A stretch of 64,000 nt of DNA, taken from NCBI GenBank assembly GCA_040380025.1, contig JBEIJY010000001.1, forward strand, positions 32,001-96,000. Direction: 5' to 3'. Of this stretch, positions 9,612 through 19,720 are shown in pieces. The first letter of the stretch is position 1. Every line of letters begins with the position of its first letter. The position numbers were made by a program, and so were the translations under genes. The notes beneath the pieces were generated by a model, which was given only the letters and a program-made list of their open reading frames with translations, was not told the DNA's origin and did no database searches. This DNA is from Bdellovibrionales bacterium. GTDB taxonomy: Bacteria; Bdellovibrionota; UBA1018; CAIMNF01.

Positions 9612-9990
9612 ACGCTCCCCGCGTCTACCACCCTTCCTAAGGGGTGGATTTGGAGCAGGCTTCGAAGAAGGACCGGATGGGTCCCGGGGATTTCAGAGAG
9701 TCAGGCCCGTTTCACTCAAGAAGTGAACATCGAGGAACAGAGCGGGATCGAACCGCCGGTTCCGGCGGGATTCTTTGTTCGATTCTCTTATGATTTCAAG
9801 CTCTGTCTTCATTGAGGTGACTTTGTACTGGTCCCGAATCTTTCCGTCTTGGGTTACGATAACTCCACCGAAGATTCTTCTTTTCCTGCTGTTGGTTTAC
9901 ACACAGTGCCCGGGCTGAAGGGTCATTTCATCACGTTTCCGCTTCCTGCCCCGAACACGACCGAATAAAAACTTTCCGCCTATTCTTCAC
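9612..9990 (-). promoter_or_regulatory. Long structured region upstream of rne (putative 5' leader)
   Basis: Largest intergenic gap in the window. Several inverted repeats: ccaccc...gggtgg, ttcact...agtgaa, and gaacagag...ctttgttc enclosing ccgccgg-tt-ccggcgg. Confidence 0.5.
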
Positions 9991-10046
9991 TTAGGCTCGA
10001 CTCCAGAGTATAGCAGGTGCTGAAGAACGGCAACTTTAAAAAAACC

Positions 10047-10745
10047 ATGAATGACCAGACTCTGTCCCGAGACCGGCTCGCCGGCGCCATCGACCATACT
10101 TTGCTGAAGCCGACCATGACGATGGCCGAGCTCGAAAAGCTCTGTGCAGAGGCGGTTGCCTGTCGCTTCAAAACCGTTTGCATTCCGCCGACTTGGGTTC
10201 CCGATGGGGTACGGCTTCTTGACGGTTCCGGCGTGGGAACCATCACCGTGGTGGGTTTTCCGCTCGGATACGCCACTGCTGAATCCAAGGCTCTGGAAGC
10301 GCGTCAAGCGATCGACCATGGCGCAAGCGAGATCGACATGGTCATCAATGTAAGTTATTTAAAAAACAACCGCTGGAGCGAAGCCGAAGCGGATGTCGCG
10401 CGGGTGGCCTGGGAGTGCGGCGCCATTCCCCTGAAAGTGATTCTCGAAACCGCCTACCTCACCCAGGCCGAAAAAGTCCGGGCGGCTCTTTTGTCCGAGA
10501 CGGCGGGCGCGGCGTTCATCAAGACCTCGACGGGGTTCGCCACGGGTACCCCGATTACGGGTGCGACCCTTGAAGACATCCGACTTTTGCGCCAGACTCT
10601 GGCTCCGGGAACCCGGATCAAGGCCTCCGGTGGAATCCGGGATGCGGCGACCGCCGTGGCCATGCTGCAGGCGGGGGCGGACCGGTTGGGAACCTCGAAC
10701 GGAGTTTCCATTCTGGACGGTCTTCCCGGAGAAGGAGTGTATTGA
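10047..10745 (+). CDS. deoC: Deoxyribose-phosphate aldolase
   Basis: [50 protein letters not shown]. Confidence 0.96.
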   Translation: MNDQTLSRDRLAGAIDHTLLKPTMTMAELEKLCAEAVACRFKTVCIPPTWVPDGVRLLDGSGVGTITVVGFPLGYATAESKALEARQAIDHGASEIDMVINVSYLKNNRWSEAEADVARVAWECGAIPLKVILETAYLTQAEKVRAALLSETAGAAFIKTSTGFATGTPITGATLEDIRLLRQTLAPGTRIKASGGIRDAATAVAMLQAGADRLGTSNGVSILDGLPGEGVY

Positions 10746-11959
10746 TGAATCCGATGCCGCTGAAACGTGTGTTCTGGATCGTGTTGGACGGTGTGGGAGT
10801 CGGCGAATCGCCGGATGCCCGTGAATTCGGAGACGCGGGCGCGAACACGCTCTCGAATCTCTCCCGGGCGATCCTGAAGAAACGCGGCACTCCGCTCGTC
10901 ATCCCGAATCTCATGAAACTCGGAATCCACCTGGTCACGCCGGTCGAAGGTGCCCCCCTTCCTTCACGGATTCTTGGCGCGTACGGAAAAGCACAAGAAG
11001 AGTCACAAGGAAAAGACACCACCTCCGGCCACTGGGAAATGGCGGGCCTTCCCGTTCGGGAGGCGTTTCCGGTCTATGAAAACGGCTTTCCCGCGCATCT
11101 AGTCGATCATTGGGTGCGCGAAAACGGTCTGCCCGGGGTTCTCGGAAACTGCGCCGCAAGCGGAACCGAGATCCTCGAAAAACTCGGCCCCGAGCACATG
11201 GCCACCGGAAAACCGATCTTGTACACCTCGGCCGACAGCGTCTGGCAGGTGGCGGCTCACGAAGAAACCTTCGGTCTGGAACGGTTGTATCAGATTTGCA
11301 AATCCGCGCGCACCCTCGTCGATGGGATCAACCTCGGCCGCGTGATCGCCCGCCCCTTTGTCGGAGACCCAAAAAAAGGCATTCCCTTCCAACGCACCTA
11401 CAACCGGAAAGACTACTCCATGCTCCCCTCCGCGCCCACCGTGCTTGATGCGCTCTCTGCGCAATCCATTCCGGTCTTGGGCGTGGGAAAGATCTCGAAC
11501 ATCTTTGCCGGCCGGGGTGTGCCCGAAAACATCGACACTGCCGGCAACACCGATGCCCTGCGCGTGATGAAAGAGTGCTTGAGAAACCGCGAAACCGGAC
11601 TCATCTTCGTGAATCTGATCGATTTTGACATGCTCTACGGCCATCGCCGCGACGTCTCGGGATTCGCATCGGCCCTTGAGGAGTTCGACCAAAGCCTCGG
11701 AGAGTTTTTTTCGGAATGCGTTCCGGGCGATCTGGTGCTCCTGACGGCCGACCACGGAAATGACCCGACCTTCCCGGGCACCGACCACACGCGCGAGTTC
11801 GTGCCGGTCCTGGCGTTCACCCCCGGCGGAACCGGCGAAGTCGACCTCGGGATCCGAAAAACCTTTGCCGATCTCGGCGCCACCGTCCACCATGCGCTCA
11901 CGGGCGCACCGCACCCCTGCGGCAAGTCTTTTCTCGCGGAACTTCTCAACCCCTCCTGA
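10745..11959 (+). CDS. deoB: Phosphopentomutase
   Basis: [59 protein letters not shown]. Confidence 0.96.
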   Translation: MNPMPLKRVFWIVLDGVGVGESPDAREFGDAGANTLSNLSRAILKKRGTPLVIPNLMKLGIHLVTPVEGAPLPSRILGAYGKAQEESQGKDTTSGHWEMAGLPVREAFPVYENGFPAHLVDHWVRENGLPGVLGNCAASGTEILEKLGPEHMATGKPILYTSADSVWQVAAHEETFGLERLYQICKSARTLVDGINLGRVIARPFVGDPKKGIPFQRTYNRKDYSMLPSAPTVLDALSAQSIPVLGVGKISNIFAGRGVPENIDTAGNTDALRVMKECLRNRETGLIFVNLIDFDMLYGHRRDVSGFASALEEFDQSLGEFFSECVPGDLVLLTADHGNDPTFPGTDHTREFVPVLAFTPGGTGEVDLGIRKTFADLGATVHHALTGAPHPCGKSFLAELLNPS

Positions 11960-11968
11960 AGGAGCACC

Positions 11969-13306
11969 ATGGAAACCATCTCCGTACCCCGGATCATTCA
12001 AAAAAAACGCGACCGGGTTCCGCTTTCCTCCGAAGAAATCGACCGGATTGTCCGGGGGGCGGTCGACGGAAGTGTTCCGGAATACCAACTCTCGTCCTTC
12101 CTGATGGCCACCTTCTTCACCGGGATGAGCTTCGAAGAAACCGCGAATCTCACGCGGTCCATGATCGAATCCGGCGAACAATACAACCTCTCGGGAATTC
12201 CCGGCCCCAAGGTCGACAAGCACTCCACGGGCGGGCTCGGAGACAAGGTCTCCATCATCCTCGCCCCTCTGGCTGCGGCCTGCGGACTCAAGGTGCCCAT
12301 GATGGCCGGACGCGGCCTCGGCCACACCGGGGGAACGATCGACAAACTCGAATCGATTCCCGGATTCCGGGTGGTTCTGGAAAAGAAAAAATTCACGGAG
12401 ATCATCGAGAAGACCGGATGCGCGATCATCTCGCAGAGTGCGACCATCGCTCCCGCGGACCGGATTCTGTATGCCCTTCGCGATGTCACCGCGACCATCG
12501 AGTGCATTCCCCTCATCACCGCCTCGATCCTGTCGAAGAAAATCGCCGAAGGCGCGAACAGCCTCGTCATGGACATCAAGGTCGGAAACGGGGCTTTTTT
12601 GAAGCGAAAAACCGATGCCATGGCACTTGCGAAAACCATGCGGGCCGTGGCGAAGCTCTCGAACATGGAACTCCGGGCGACCCTGAGCAACATGGATCAG
12701 CCCCTCGGATACGCGGTCGGAAACGCGCTCGAGATTCTGGAGTGCGTGGAGGTCCTGCGCGATCAGGATCTGAATCCGCAAGGACTGCCCTCGCCCGACC
12801 TGAAGGAACTCACGATCCATCTCTGTGCACAGATGCTGGAGGCGGGAAAGCTTGTCCGGAGCCTTCCGGAGGGCCGAAAACTTGCCCTTTCGAAACTCCA
12901 TGACGGGTCGGCCTGGCGAAAGTTCCTCGAGATGGTCGCCGCCCAGGGAGGAAATTCTTCGTTCTTTGACGACCCCCTGCGACTGATGCGCTCCGAACGC
13001 ACTTGGGAAATCAAGGCGGTACGGAAAGGCTATGTGAGCGGCTTCGAGTGCGAGGAACTCGGAAGACTTCTGATCAGCATGGGAGGGGGCCGGAACCGCG
13101 TGAATGATCCGATCGATCATTCCGTCGGATTTTTCGTCCACAAGAAGCTCGGCTCCACCGTGAAGAAGGGCGAGGTCCTCGTGACGGCGTTCGGAAACGA
13201 AAAAACGGATTTCCGGTTGATCGAAGAGCGGATCCATTCCATCATCACCATCACCACTGCGAAGAAGTCCGCACCGAAACTGATCCTGGAGGCGAATGCG
13301 AAATGA
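11969..13306 (+). CDS. pdp: Pyrimidine-nucleoside/thymidine phosphorylase
   Basis: VDKHSTGGLGDK, GRGLGHTGGTIDKLESIPG, YALRDVTAT, SILSKK; RBS AAGGAG. Confidence 0.93.
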   Translation: METISVPRIIQKKRDRVPLSSEEIDRIVRGAVDGSVPEYQLSSFLMATFFTGMSFEETANLTRSMIESGEQYNLSGIPGPKVDKHSTGGLGDKVSIILAPLAAACGLKVPMMAGRGLGHTGGTIDKLESIPGFRVVLEKKKFTEIIEKTGCAIISQSATIAPADRILYALRDVTATIECIPLITASILSKKIAEGANSLVMDIKVGNGAFLKRKTDAMALAKTMRAVAKLSNMELRATLSNMDQPLGYAVGNALEILECVEVLRDQDLNPQGLPSPDLKELTIHLCAQMLEAGKLVRSLPEGRKLALSKLHDGSAWRKFLEMVAAQGGNSSFFDDPLRLMRSERTWEIKAVRKGYVSGFECEELGRLLISMGGGRNRVNDPIDHSVGFFVHKKLGSTVKKGEVLVTAFGNEKTDFRLIEERIHSIITITTAKKSAPKLILEANAK

Positions 13307-13710
13307 GTTCTTCCCCGCTCTGTGATGATGCGATCAATGCCATGGACCGCTCCTACTCGCCCTACAGCAAGAAACGCGTCGGCGCGGCCATCGAGCTCGA
13401 CAACGGAAAGACCTTCACCGGCTGCAATGTCGAGAACTCCTCATACGGCGGCACCGTGTGTGCTGAGCGGGTTGCGGTCTGGAAGGCTGTGAGCGAAGAG
13501 GGGCCGGGCGTGCGGATCCGCAGGGTTGCCGTCGCAACCGAAGCCTCTCCGCCGTGGTTTCCCTGCGGACTCTGTCGGCAGGTGATCAACGAGTTCGCGA
13601 CGGACGATTGCGAGATTCTTCTGGTGAATCCGTCGGGAACCGTCAACACTTTCACGCATCGCGAACTTCTTCCGCACGGATTCGATCGTTCGGCGCTTGA
13701 ATCGCCATGA
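13303..13710 (+). CDS. cdd: Cytidine deaminase (homotetrameric type)
   Basis: YSPYS, GCNVEN, CAER, PCGLCRQ. Confidence 0.95.
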   Translation: MSSSPLCDDAINAMDRSYSPYSKKRVGAAIELDNGKTFTGCNVENSSYGGTVCAERVAVWKAVSEEGPGVRIRRVAVATEASPPWFPCGLCRQVINEFATDDCEILLVNPSGTVNTFTHRELLPHGFDRSALESP

Positions 13711-13746
13711 TTCCGTCGGGGGACTGACCCCGTCGGAAATTTTTTC
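13710..13746 (+). terminator. Probable intrinsic terminator of the deo-cdd operon
   Basis: Imperfect hairpin ttccgtcgggg...ccccgtcggaa followed by a T run. Confidence 0.5.
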
Positions 13747-13865
13747 CTGATCCATGATTGCCCATCGCCGCGCCCGCGTGGGATCATGGTTCAAATCCAT
13801 GTTTTTCTCCGGCTCATGAGGAGCCGGGCCCACGGAGCAACCAAGAATTCAACGGAGGAATTCTC

Positions 13866-15080
13866 ATGCGTTCTGTCGTTTTCCTGCTCGCCGCACTGGC
13901 CCTCTGGCAGGGTTTCGCCCCTGTCGCCAAAGCCGAGACCACAGCCGAAACCACGGCCGAAACAACAGCCCAGCCCAAGGAATGGACCTTTCTGATCTTC
14001 CTGAACGGGAACAACAATCTCGATTCCTTCGGAACCCTGAACCTGAACCAGATGGAAAAAGTGGGCTCGAATGCGCGGATCAACATCGTGGTCCAGTGGG
14101 CCAGCCTGAGAACCCGCACCGTGAAGCGCATGCTGATCCAAAAGGACAACGATCCCGCACGGGTGACCTCGCCCGTGATCGAGGATCTCGGCCGGGTCGA
14201 CATGGGCGACTGGAGATCCCTCGTGAACTTCGTCAAGTGGGGCACGGAACGCTTTCCGGCCACGAAATACTTTCTCGACATCTGGGATCACGGAAGCGGC
14301 TGGCACGCCAAAAACTACGGCATCGGAAACCCCGCTCCGATGGACATCAGCTGGGATGATCTCACGGGGAATCACATCACCACCGCCCAACTCGCACAGG
14401 CCCTCGAGGAATCGGCCAGGATCATCGGGCACAAAATCGACATCTACGGATCGGACGCCTGCCTGATGGCCATGATCGAGATCGCGACCGAAGTGCGCGG
14501 CTCGGTGGGAATCTATGCTGGCTCCGAAGAAAACGAACCCGGCGCCGGATGGCCCTACGATGCCTTCCTGACCCGCTGGAACAATCTGCCGGACGCGACA
14601 CCCGCTCTCGTTGCGAAAGTCCTTTCGGAGGAATATGCGAAGAGTTACCGGACCACGAATGATGCGGTGACCTTCTCGGTGTTCGATCTCGAGCGCCTTC
14701 CCTCGGTGAACGGGGAAATCCGGAGATTCACCGATGCGGTCCGGAACCTCGACGGGGCATCGGTGCGGAAGTTTCTCGATGCGGCCAAACAATCCCAGAG
14801 CTTCGCGGTGACGGACTATGTGGATTTCCTCGATTTTCTGGCGAATCTGAAGGCTTCCCGGATCCCGGGCCTCGAGCCGGCCTCGATCGACCGGCTCCTG
14901 CGCGCGGTGCGATCGCTCGTGATCGCTAACGACACCGTCCGGTTTCCCCGCGCGAACGGGGTTTCGGTTTGGATTCCGACCGCCATTCAAACCTATTCGC
15001 GCCACGCGGATCTATACTCGAGAATGCAGTTCGACCACGAGACCCGCTGGGGGGATCTGCTCGCCTCGATGCTGAAGTGA
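13866..15080 (+). CDS. Secreted clostripain-like cysteine peptidase (family C11)
   Basis: RBS GGAGG; signal peptide; WTFLIFLNGNNNL, WDHGSGW (His) and DACLM (Cys). AETT three times after the signal peptide. Confidence 0.9.
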   Translation: MRSVVFLLAALALWQGFAPVAKAETTAETTAETTAQPKEWTFLIFLNGNNNLDSFGTLNLNQMEKVGSNARINIVVQWASLRTRTVKRMLIQKDNDPARVTSPVIEDLGRVDMGDWRSLVNFVKWGTERFPATKYFLDIWDHGSGWHAKNYGIGNPAPMDISWDDLTGNHITTAQLAQALEESARIIGHKIDIYGSDACLMAMIEIATEVRGSVGIYAGSEENEPGAGWPYDAFLTRWNNLPDATPALVAKVLSEEYAKSYRTTNDAVTFSVFDLERLPSVNGEIRRFTDAVRNLDGASVRKFLDAAKQSQSFAVTDYVDFLDFLANLKASRIPGLEPASIDRLLRAVRSLVIANDTVRFPRANGVSVWIPTAIQTYSRHADLYSRMQFDHETRWGDLLASMLK

Positions 15081-15104
15081 TCCGATCATCAAATGAATCG
15101 ACAG

Positions 15105-15140
15105 AAAAGCCCCGGAGGGAACGCTCCCTCCGGGGCTTTT
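15105..15140. terminator. Bidirectional intrinsic terminator
   Basis: Perfect hairpin aaaagccccggaggga-acgc-tccctccggggctttt between convergent genes. Confidence 0.88.
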
Positions 15141-15141
15141 C

Positions 15142-15480
15142 TCATTCTTCTTCCCCGTCTTCTTCTCCATCCGGAGATTCGCTCCGGATCTGGAAAAGCC
15201 AGCCCTCGTCCAAGGGATCCCCCTGCAAGGACTCCAAATCCTGATTCAAACTCTCATTCACCGAAACGATTCCCCCGTCGAGCGGCGCAACCACCTCGAA
15301 ATTCTGCTTCGCCCCCTCGATCTCGACGACGACATCATCCTGCAAAACCTCGTCACCCTCGACCGGCAACTGGATTCCCTGGACTGTTCCGATTTCTTCG
15401 AGGGCTTTTTCGGTGAGACCCACGGTGATCACCGCACCTTTTTTTTTGAACCAGATCCTGCCCTCGTCGTACTCGTTCAT
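15142..15480 (-). CDS. Stand-alone glycine cleavage H-like lipoyl-carrier protein
   Basis: ITVGLT...EIEGAK...APLDG...VNE...DPLDEGWLF; RBS GGGAG. Confidence 0.85.
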   Translation of the reverse strand: MNEYDEGRIWFKKKGAVITVGLTEKALEEIGTVQGIQLPVEGDEVLQDDVVVEIEGAKQNFEVVAPLDGGIVSVNESLNQDLESLQGDPLDEGWLFQIRSESPDGEEDGEEE

Positions 15481-15507
15481 GAAGTCTCCCGATGTTTGCG
15501 AACCGTC

Positions 15508-16356
15508 TCAGTTGCGCTCTTTTTTGCCGAGAAAAACGGCATCGTCTTTCTTGCTTCTCAGCTCGATCCACCGGAGACGCGCCGAACGGAACGGAATCAC
15601 CTCCAGGTTCTCTGTGTTTATCCCGACTTTGCCCGGCTTTGAAAGCTTGAATTCGGCCTTCCACGCGGTTCCCTTACGGGACAATACGGCCCGGCACCGG
15701 ATCGTTTTTCCTGCGGTCATCAGAACTCCCGACCACTCTCCCGAAAGATCCTCTTCCTTGGTCTCCGACTTTGCGGAATCCGGTCCCGGAGAACCGATCA
15801 ACCGGATCAATCGACCGCCGGGCATCCGGGGCGGCGGACTCGCCGGGGACTTCGCCCACTCCTCTTTCACCCATGGTTCTTTCTCGGCGTCGGCGAACCT
15901 CAGCAAGCGCTCCGAGGCTTTCCCTGAACTCATGTGTTCCTTCATCCCCTTCGCCACCGCGAGGCGGACATGGGGATCCGCATCCGCCAGATACGGTTCG
16001 ACGAAGTCGTATGAGGCATCGCCCTGGGAGCGGATCAACGAAGACAGCATCTTCTTCTGAAAGACCGCATTGCCCGATTCCTTGATCTCTTTTTCTAGAA
16101 TCGCCGCCACCGAAGAGTCGTCGAAATGGCCCAGACCATCGATCAACCAAGAGCGCTGTACCGCACTCCCGCCCTCCGACAACATCTGCCGGATCACCGG
16201 CAGGGCCTCCGGGCCGAGGCTCTCCCAGAAATCCGCAGGCGGGGTCGGATGCCGGTCCGTCACCTGCTCCCGTATTTTTTCCCGGATTTCGGACGGAGTC
16301 AGCGCGTAAGCGAAAAAAGGAAACAAAAGCAACAATCCGGGAAGAGCGATTTTCAT
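15508..16356 (-). CDS. Secreted HEAT-repeat protein
   Basis: Signal peptide MKIALPGLLLLFPFFAYA; HEAT-like units, e.g. LADADPHVRLAVAKGM. Confidence 0.72.
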   Translation of the reverse strand: MKIALPGLLLLFPFFAYALTPSEIREKIREQVTDRHPTPPADFWESLGPEALPVIRQMLSEGGSAVQRSWLIDGLGHFDDSSVAAILEKEIKESGNAVFQKKMLSSLIRSQGDASYDFVEPYLADADPHVRLAVAKGMKEHMSSGKASERLLRFADAEKEPWVKEEWAKSPASPPPRMPGGRLIRLIGSPGPDSAKSETKEEDLSGEWSGVLMTAGKTIRCRAVLSRKGTAWKAEFKLSKPGKVGINTENLEVIPFRSARLRWIELRSKKDDAVFLGKKERN

Positions 16357-16375
16357 GGCGGAGACCTTCATCCTT

Positions 16376-18133
16376 TCAACGAAGAAACGGATCCCACTGG
16401 ATCACGGCCGAGGATTGGGACGAAAACAAGTTCCCGTCCTCCCTCCAACCTCCTGCGACGAATTTGCGGTTTTTTGTCGTGTACCACATGACGTGATTGA
16501 ACTGGCACTCCTGAACTGCGGGGCAAAACACATCCGATTTCGAGAACGCAAGACCCTGGTAATACGGAGTGACTCCGGTTACGGAATTGCAGGCGGCAAA
16601 GCAACTTTGCGTAAGAGGCGCTTCGGAACCGATGCCCGTCCCCAGCGGATCAAAATACACCGATTTTTGATCGAAAAGAATGGTGGTCCCCGATGTCCGG
16701 GCAGGGGCCTTCGGTGTGTCGTTCAGAGCATCGTGCGTGTACGATGCGGCGAGATTGGGGGAAGTTGAGGGCTTTTCGGTCGGATGATTGAGACCGAGAT
16801 AGTGGCCGAGCTCATGCGCGATGGTACCCGCCATTTCGAGAAAATCATCGTTCTGGGAATTCCGCGGACAACTCGAGGTTACACAAGAGGGATTGAAATA
16901 CGTCAGGGAATCGAAGGTCGAGAAGGCAAGTCCGCTCGACGGAGTTCCGTTCAAGGGTGGCCCGAGAATCGCACCGGAGATTCCGAGGATCGTGAAGTTC
17001 GCCCCCGGGTACACGATATCGCTCACCAAAAACACATTGATCTTCCGCAACTGATCGGCAGAATCCACACCCTTCGAACCGGCGTCGAAAAGGTCCCCGA
17101 GGGCATCCAGCGACAGTTGGGAATAGCGACTCCCCCCGTCCGCATTCCACCACTCGTAAACATTCAGTTCATCGAGCCCGACATTCGCACCACTCTCGCT
17201 CTGAAACAGGCGATTCAGTTCCTTCAGCAGAAGGTCAAGGTTCCTCGCCCCGGCAGTGGTTCTCGAATCCTGGATGTTCTTGTCCCCCACCAGAATCAAA
17301 TTCAATCCGATCCCGCCATTCGATGCCTGTGAGTTCCTGGCCGCGGAGTCTTTTTTGATTACCGTGGTGACCTTGAGCCCCGCGGTGCGGCCGGCAACCG
17401 AGGCCCCGGAATCCGACACCAGAACGTAATTCGCATAATAGTGCCCCGAGACCAACCCTCCCGTGAACGGGCAATTCCACGAGTTCACCGAGGAATCACA
17501 ACGCGGGAACAGATTGGTCGAGACATAACCGGACGGAGGGAACTGATGCTGATCCCAATCCTCCCGCCCCCCGAACGCACTTCCCGCCTGCACTGTGCAG
17601 TTCGGATTTGCGGAACAGACTCCACTCGCATTGCAGGACCACATTCCCTGGGTCCGGCAACCGCCGGAAATCTTGACGTAGTCCACTGTCGTGCCATTCA
17701 CAACGAAGAATCCGGTCAAAACAGGGTACGCGCCGCCTTGCCACACATAGCCCGTGGTTTCGGCAACCAAGGTCATCGAGCCGTTCGGACCGAAATGGGT
17801 GGTTGCATCGAAATCTCCGAGGTCGACCGTGAACTCGGCTCCACCCGTAGCCTCGTATCCATTCGCAGCAAGACCGCCCCCCCATGGATCATGGAAGCGG
17901 ACCATGGGTTTTCCGGCCAGAATCTGTTCAGAGGAAGTGACCGTGACCGTGCCCTTGGAGACCGGAACTCCGATCGCGGCTCGGTCCGGCACATAACCTC
18001 CCGGCAAGAGACGCGCCGGAGCTAGCTCCGTACGGGCCACCAGGGGAGGTTCCTCTGATTTTTGAGAACAAGCGACAACCGAAACCAACACGCCCAGAAG
18101 AACCGGAATCTGCCTGCACAAGATGGACTTCAT
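16376..18133 (-). CDS. Cys-rich lipoprotein with a metzincin zinc-metalloprotease domain
   Basis: Lipobox-like VSVVAC; HELGHYLGLNH (HExxHxxGxxH); NHVMW Met-turn candidate. Confidence 0.85.
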   Translation of the reverse strand: MKSILCRQIPVLLGVLVSVVACSQKSEEPPLVARTELAPARLLPGGYVPDRAAIGVPVSKGTVTVTSSEQILAGKPMVRFHDPWGGGLAANGYEATGGAEFTVDLGDFDATTHFGPNGSMTLVAETTGYVWQGGAYPVLTGFFVVNGTTVDYVKISGGCRTQGMWSCNASGVCSANPNCTVQAGSAFGGREDWDQHQFPPSGYVSTNLFPRCDSSVNSWNCPFTGGLVSGHYYANYVLVSDSGASVAGRTAGLKVTTVIKKDSAARNSQASNGGIGLNLILVGDKNIQDSRTTAGARNLDLLLKELNRLFQSESGANVGLDELNVYEWWNADGGSRYSQLSLDALGDLFDAGSKGVDSADQLRKINVFLVSDIVYPGANFTILGISGAILGPPLNGTPSSGLAFSTFDSLTYFNPSCVTSSCPRNSQNDDFLEMAGTIAHELGHYLGLNHPTEKPSTSPNLAASYTHDALNDTPKAPARTSGTTILFDQKSVYFDPLGTGIGSEAPLTQSCFAACNSVTGVTPYYQGLAFSKSDVFCPAVQECQFNHVMWYTTKNRKFVAGGWREDGNLFSSQSSAVIQWDPFLR

Positions 18134-18230
18134 CTGTTCCGCTCCGTTGAGAGCCGTTCGAACCGAAAAGCCCTCCCCACCTCTTCAGGATACGCCTCAC
18201 GCAGAAAGTTGATCCATTCATTTTTTTCAA

Positions 18231-18246
18231 TGCAAAACATTGACCA
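18231..18246 (-). promoter_or_regulatory. Possible sigma54 (-24/-12) promoter
   Basis: Minus strand reads TGGTCAATGTTTTGCA (GG-N10-GC), about 100 nt upstream of the metalloprotease start. Confidence 0.4.
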
Positions 18247-18295
18247 GGTGAATCCGGACACGCTCCTCGAATGCCGCACCATGGATCCCATCCCC

Positions 18296-19414
18296 CTAAG
18301 AGCACGCTTGATAAGGCATTCTCACGCCCGCCCATTGATTCAATTCCGCTTTGACCTCTCCGTTCCGGATCGTCACCAGAACGAACGTGCGGTGCATGGG
18401 CTCACCCAGATATTTCCAGTCCAGATGCACCATTTTCGTCCAGGTGCCGGAGTTCAGGTACTGCCGCCCATTCGCATAAACCCGGTGCATCGGAAGATGA
18501 GTGTGGCCCATGACCACCGTGTGCAGACGCGGATTCCGGACGAGCATCTCAAAGGCCTGATCCTCGAGATCCAAAAAGTACGATCGATCCTGGAACACGG
18601 TCTGCAAGGTGCGGCGGAATCCGAACAAGGTGGACGATCTGCCCATCACCCGGGTTTTCACGAAGTAATAAAAAGAAAGCATGATAAACCGGAGTGTGAA
18701 CACGGGATCAAAAATGAGTCCGAGGAGTGCGAATACTTTCACGGGCCGGATCTTGTCGAGATGTGCACGCTCCCACTTCATCCGGTTGATGATTTTCAGG
18801 ATATAAATGCTCCCCCACGGAATGTTCAGGATCGTTCTTCCGTCCCCGATTTTGAGGAAGGGATTCGAGAAATCAAGCTGGTTGCTCGCCTCGAATTGGT
18901 TGCCATGGCGGATTTCGAGTCCTTCTTCGAACTCAATCCGGTCGCGGTCCGCAATGACCTTGATTTTACTGCTGACCGGCTTCCCCTCCGGATCCCACTC
19001 ACGAACGATCCGCTCTCGCACCGCAGGGAAAAACAACTCCGCATCGTGGTTACCGACCAGGTAGGTGACGGTTTTGTTGGGTTTCGATGCGAACTTCCGG
19101 AGACCCGCCATGACTTTCGGGTGGGCAGCCATGGCAGCCTCAAGCTTGGCGAGGGCGATCTCCTCCGTGATGTCCTCGGGAAACTCCCCCCGGAAAGGCA
19201 CGTTCAGGAAATCAAAAAAATCCCCGTTCAAGATCAACTCGACACGGACCGGACCGAACGGCCCCTCTCCGTACGGTCCCGTCGAAAAATACTCGAAAAA
19301 CTCGACCATCTCCTGATCAAAAACGAAGTCCTCGTGGGGATTGAACCGCCCCTCGAAGAACCTTCCGGCCGAAAGATGGCAGTCGCTGATGATCAACTTG
19401 AAGTGCTCGTTCAA
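18296..19414 (-). CDS. Calcineurin-like metallophosphoesterase (LpxH-like family); start at TTG 19414 or ATG 19438
   Basis: ISDCH, LNGDFFD, GNHD, HGN, GHTH, NSGTW. Confidence 0.88.
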   Translation of the reverse strand: MNEHFKLIISDCHLSAGRFFEGRFNPHEDFVFDQEMVEFFEYFSTGPYGEGPFGPVRVELILNGDFFDFLNVPFRGEFPEDITEEIALAKLEAAMAAHPKVMAGLRKFASKPNKTVTYLVGNHDAELFFPAVRERIVREWDPEGKPVSSKIKVIADRDRIEFEEGLEIRHGNQFEASNQLDFSNPFLKIGDGRTILNIPWGSIYILKIINRMKWERAHLDKIRPVKVFALLGLIFDPVFTLRFIMLSFYYFVKTRVMGRSSTLFGFRRTLQTVFQDRSYFLDLEDQAFEMLVRNPRLHTVVMGHTHLPMHRVYANGRQYLNSGTWTKMVHLDWKYLGEPMHRTFVLVTIRNGEVKAELNQWAGVRMPYQACS

Positions 19415-19437
19415 AACCGCCCCCCGCCCCCCGAACA

Positions 19438-19466
19438 TTGACTTACCTGAAGTTTCGCGATAGGAT
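19438..19466 (+). promoter_or_regulatory. Sigma70 promoter, likely leaderless ferredoxin mRNA
   Basis: TTGACT-N17-TAGGAT, 7 nt before the ATG at 19474; no SD. Confidence 0.65.
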
Positions 19467-19473
19467 CCCCGCC

Positions 19474-19707
19474 ATGGCAGATCCGAAAAAGAAGTGGGCA
19501 GACAACGCCAAAGGCAATTTTTACGTGGACGACCAGTGCATCGATTGCGACGCATGCCGTTCCGAGGCGCCTGACAACTTCACCCGCAACGACGAACACG
19601 GCTATTCGTACGTGTTCAAACAACCCGTCACTCCGGATGAAATCGCCCGTGCCCAAGCCGCTCTGGAAGCATGCCCGGTCGAAGCAATCGGCAAAGACGG
19701 CGCCTGA
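19474..19707 (+). CDS. Single-cluster 4Fe-4S ferredoxin
   Basis: CIDCDAC...ACPVEAI. Confidence 0.92.
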   Translation: MADPKKKWADNAKGNFYVDDQCIDCDACRSEAPDNFTRNDEHGYSYVFKQPVTPDEIARAQAALEACPVEAIGKDGA

Positions 19708-19720
19708 TCCGGATCCCGTT

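Noticed and set aside
9378..9815. 145-aa ORF covering the rne start
   Set aside because: Overlaps rne antisense, no RBS and no motifs.
13932..13970. AETT x3 repeat in the C11 peptidase
   Set aside because: A short linker duplication after the signal peptide with no wider structure.
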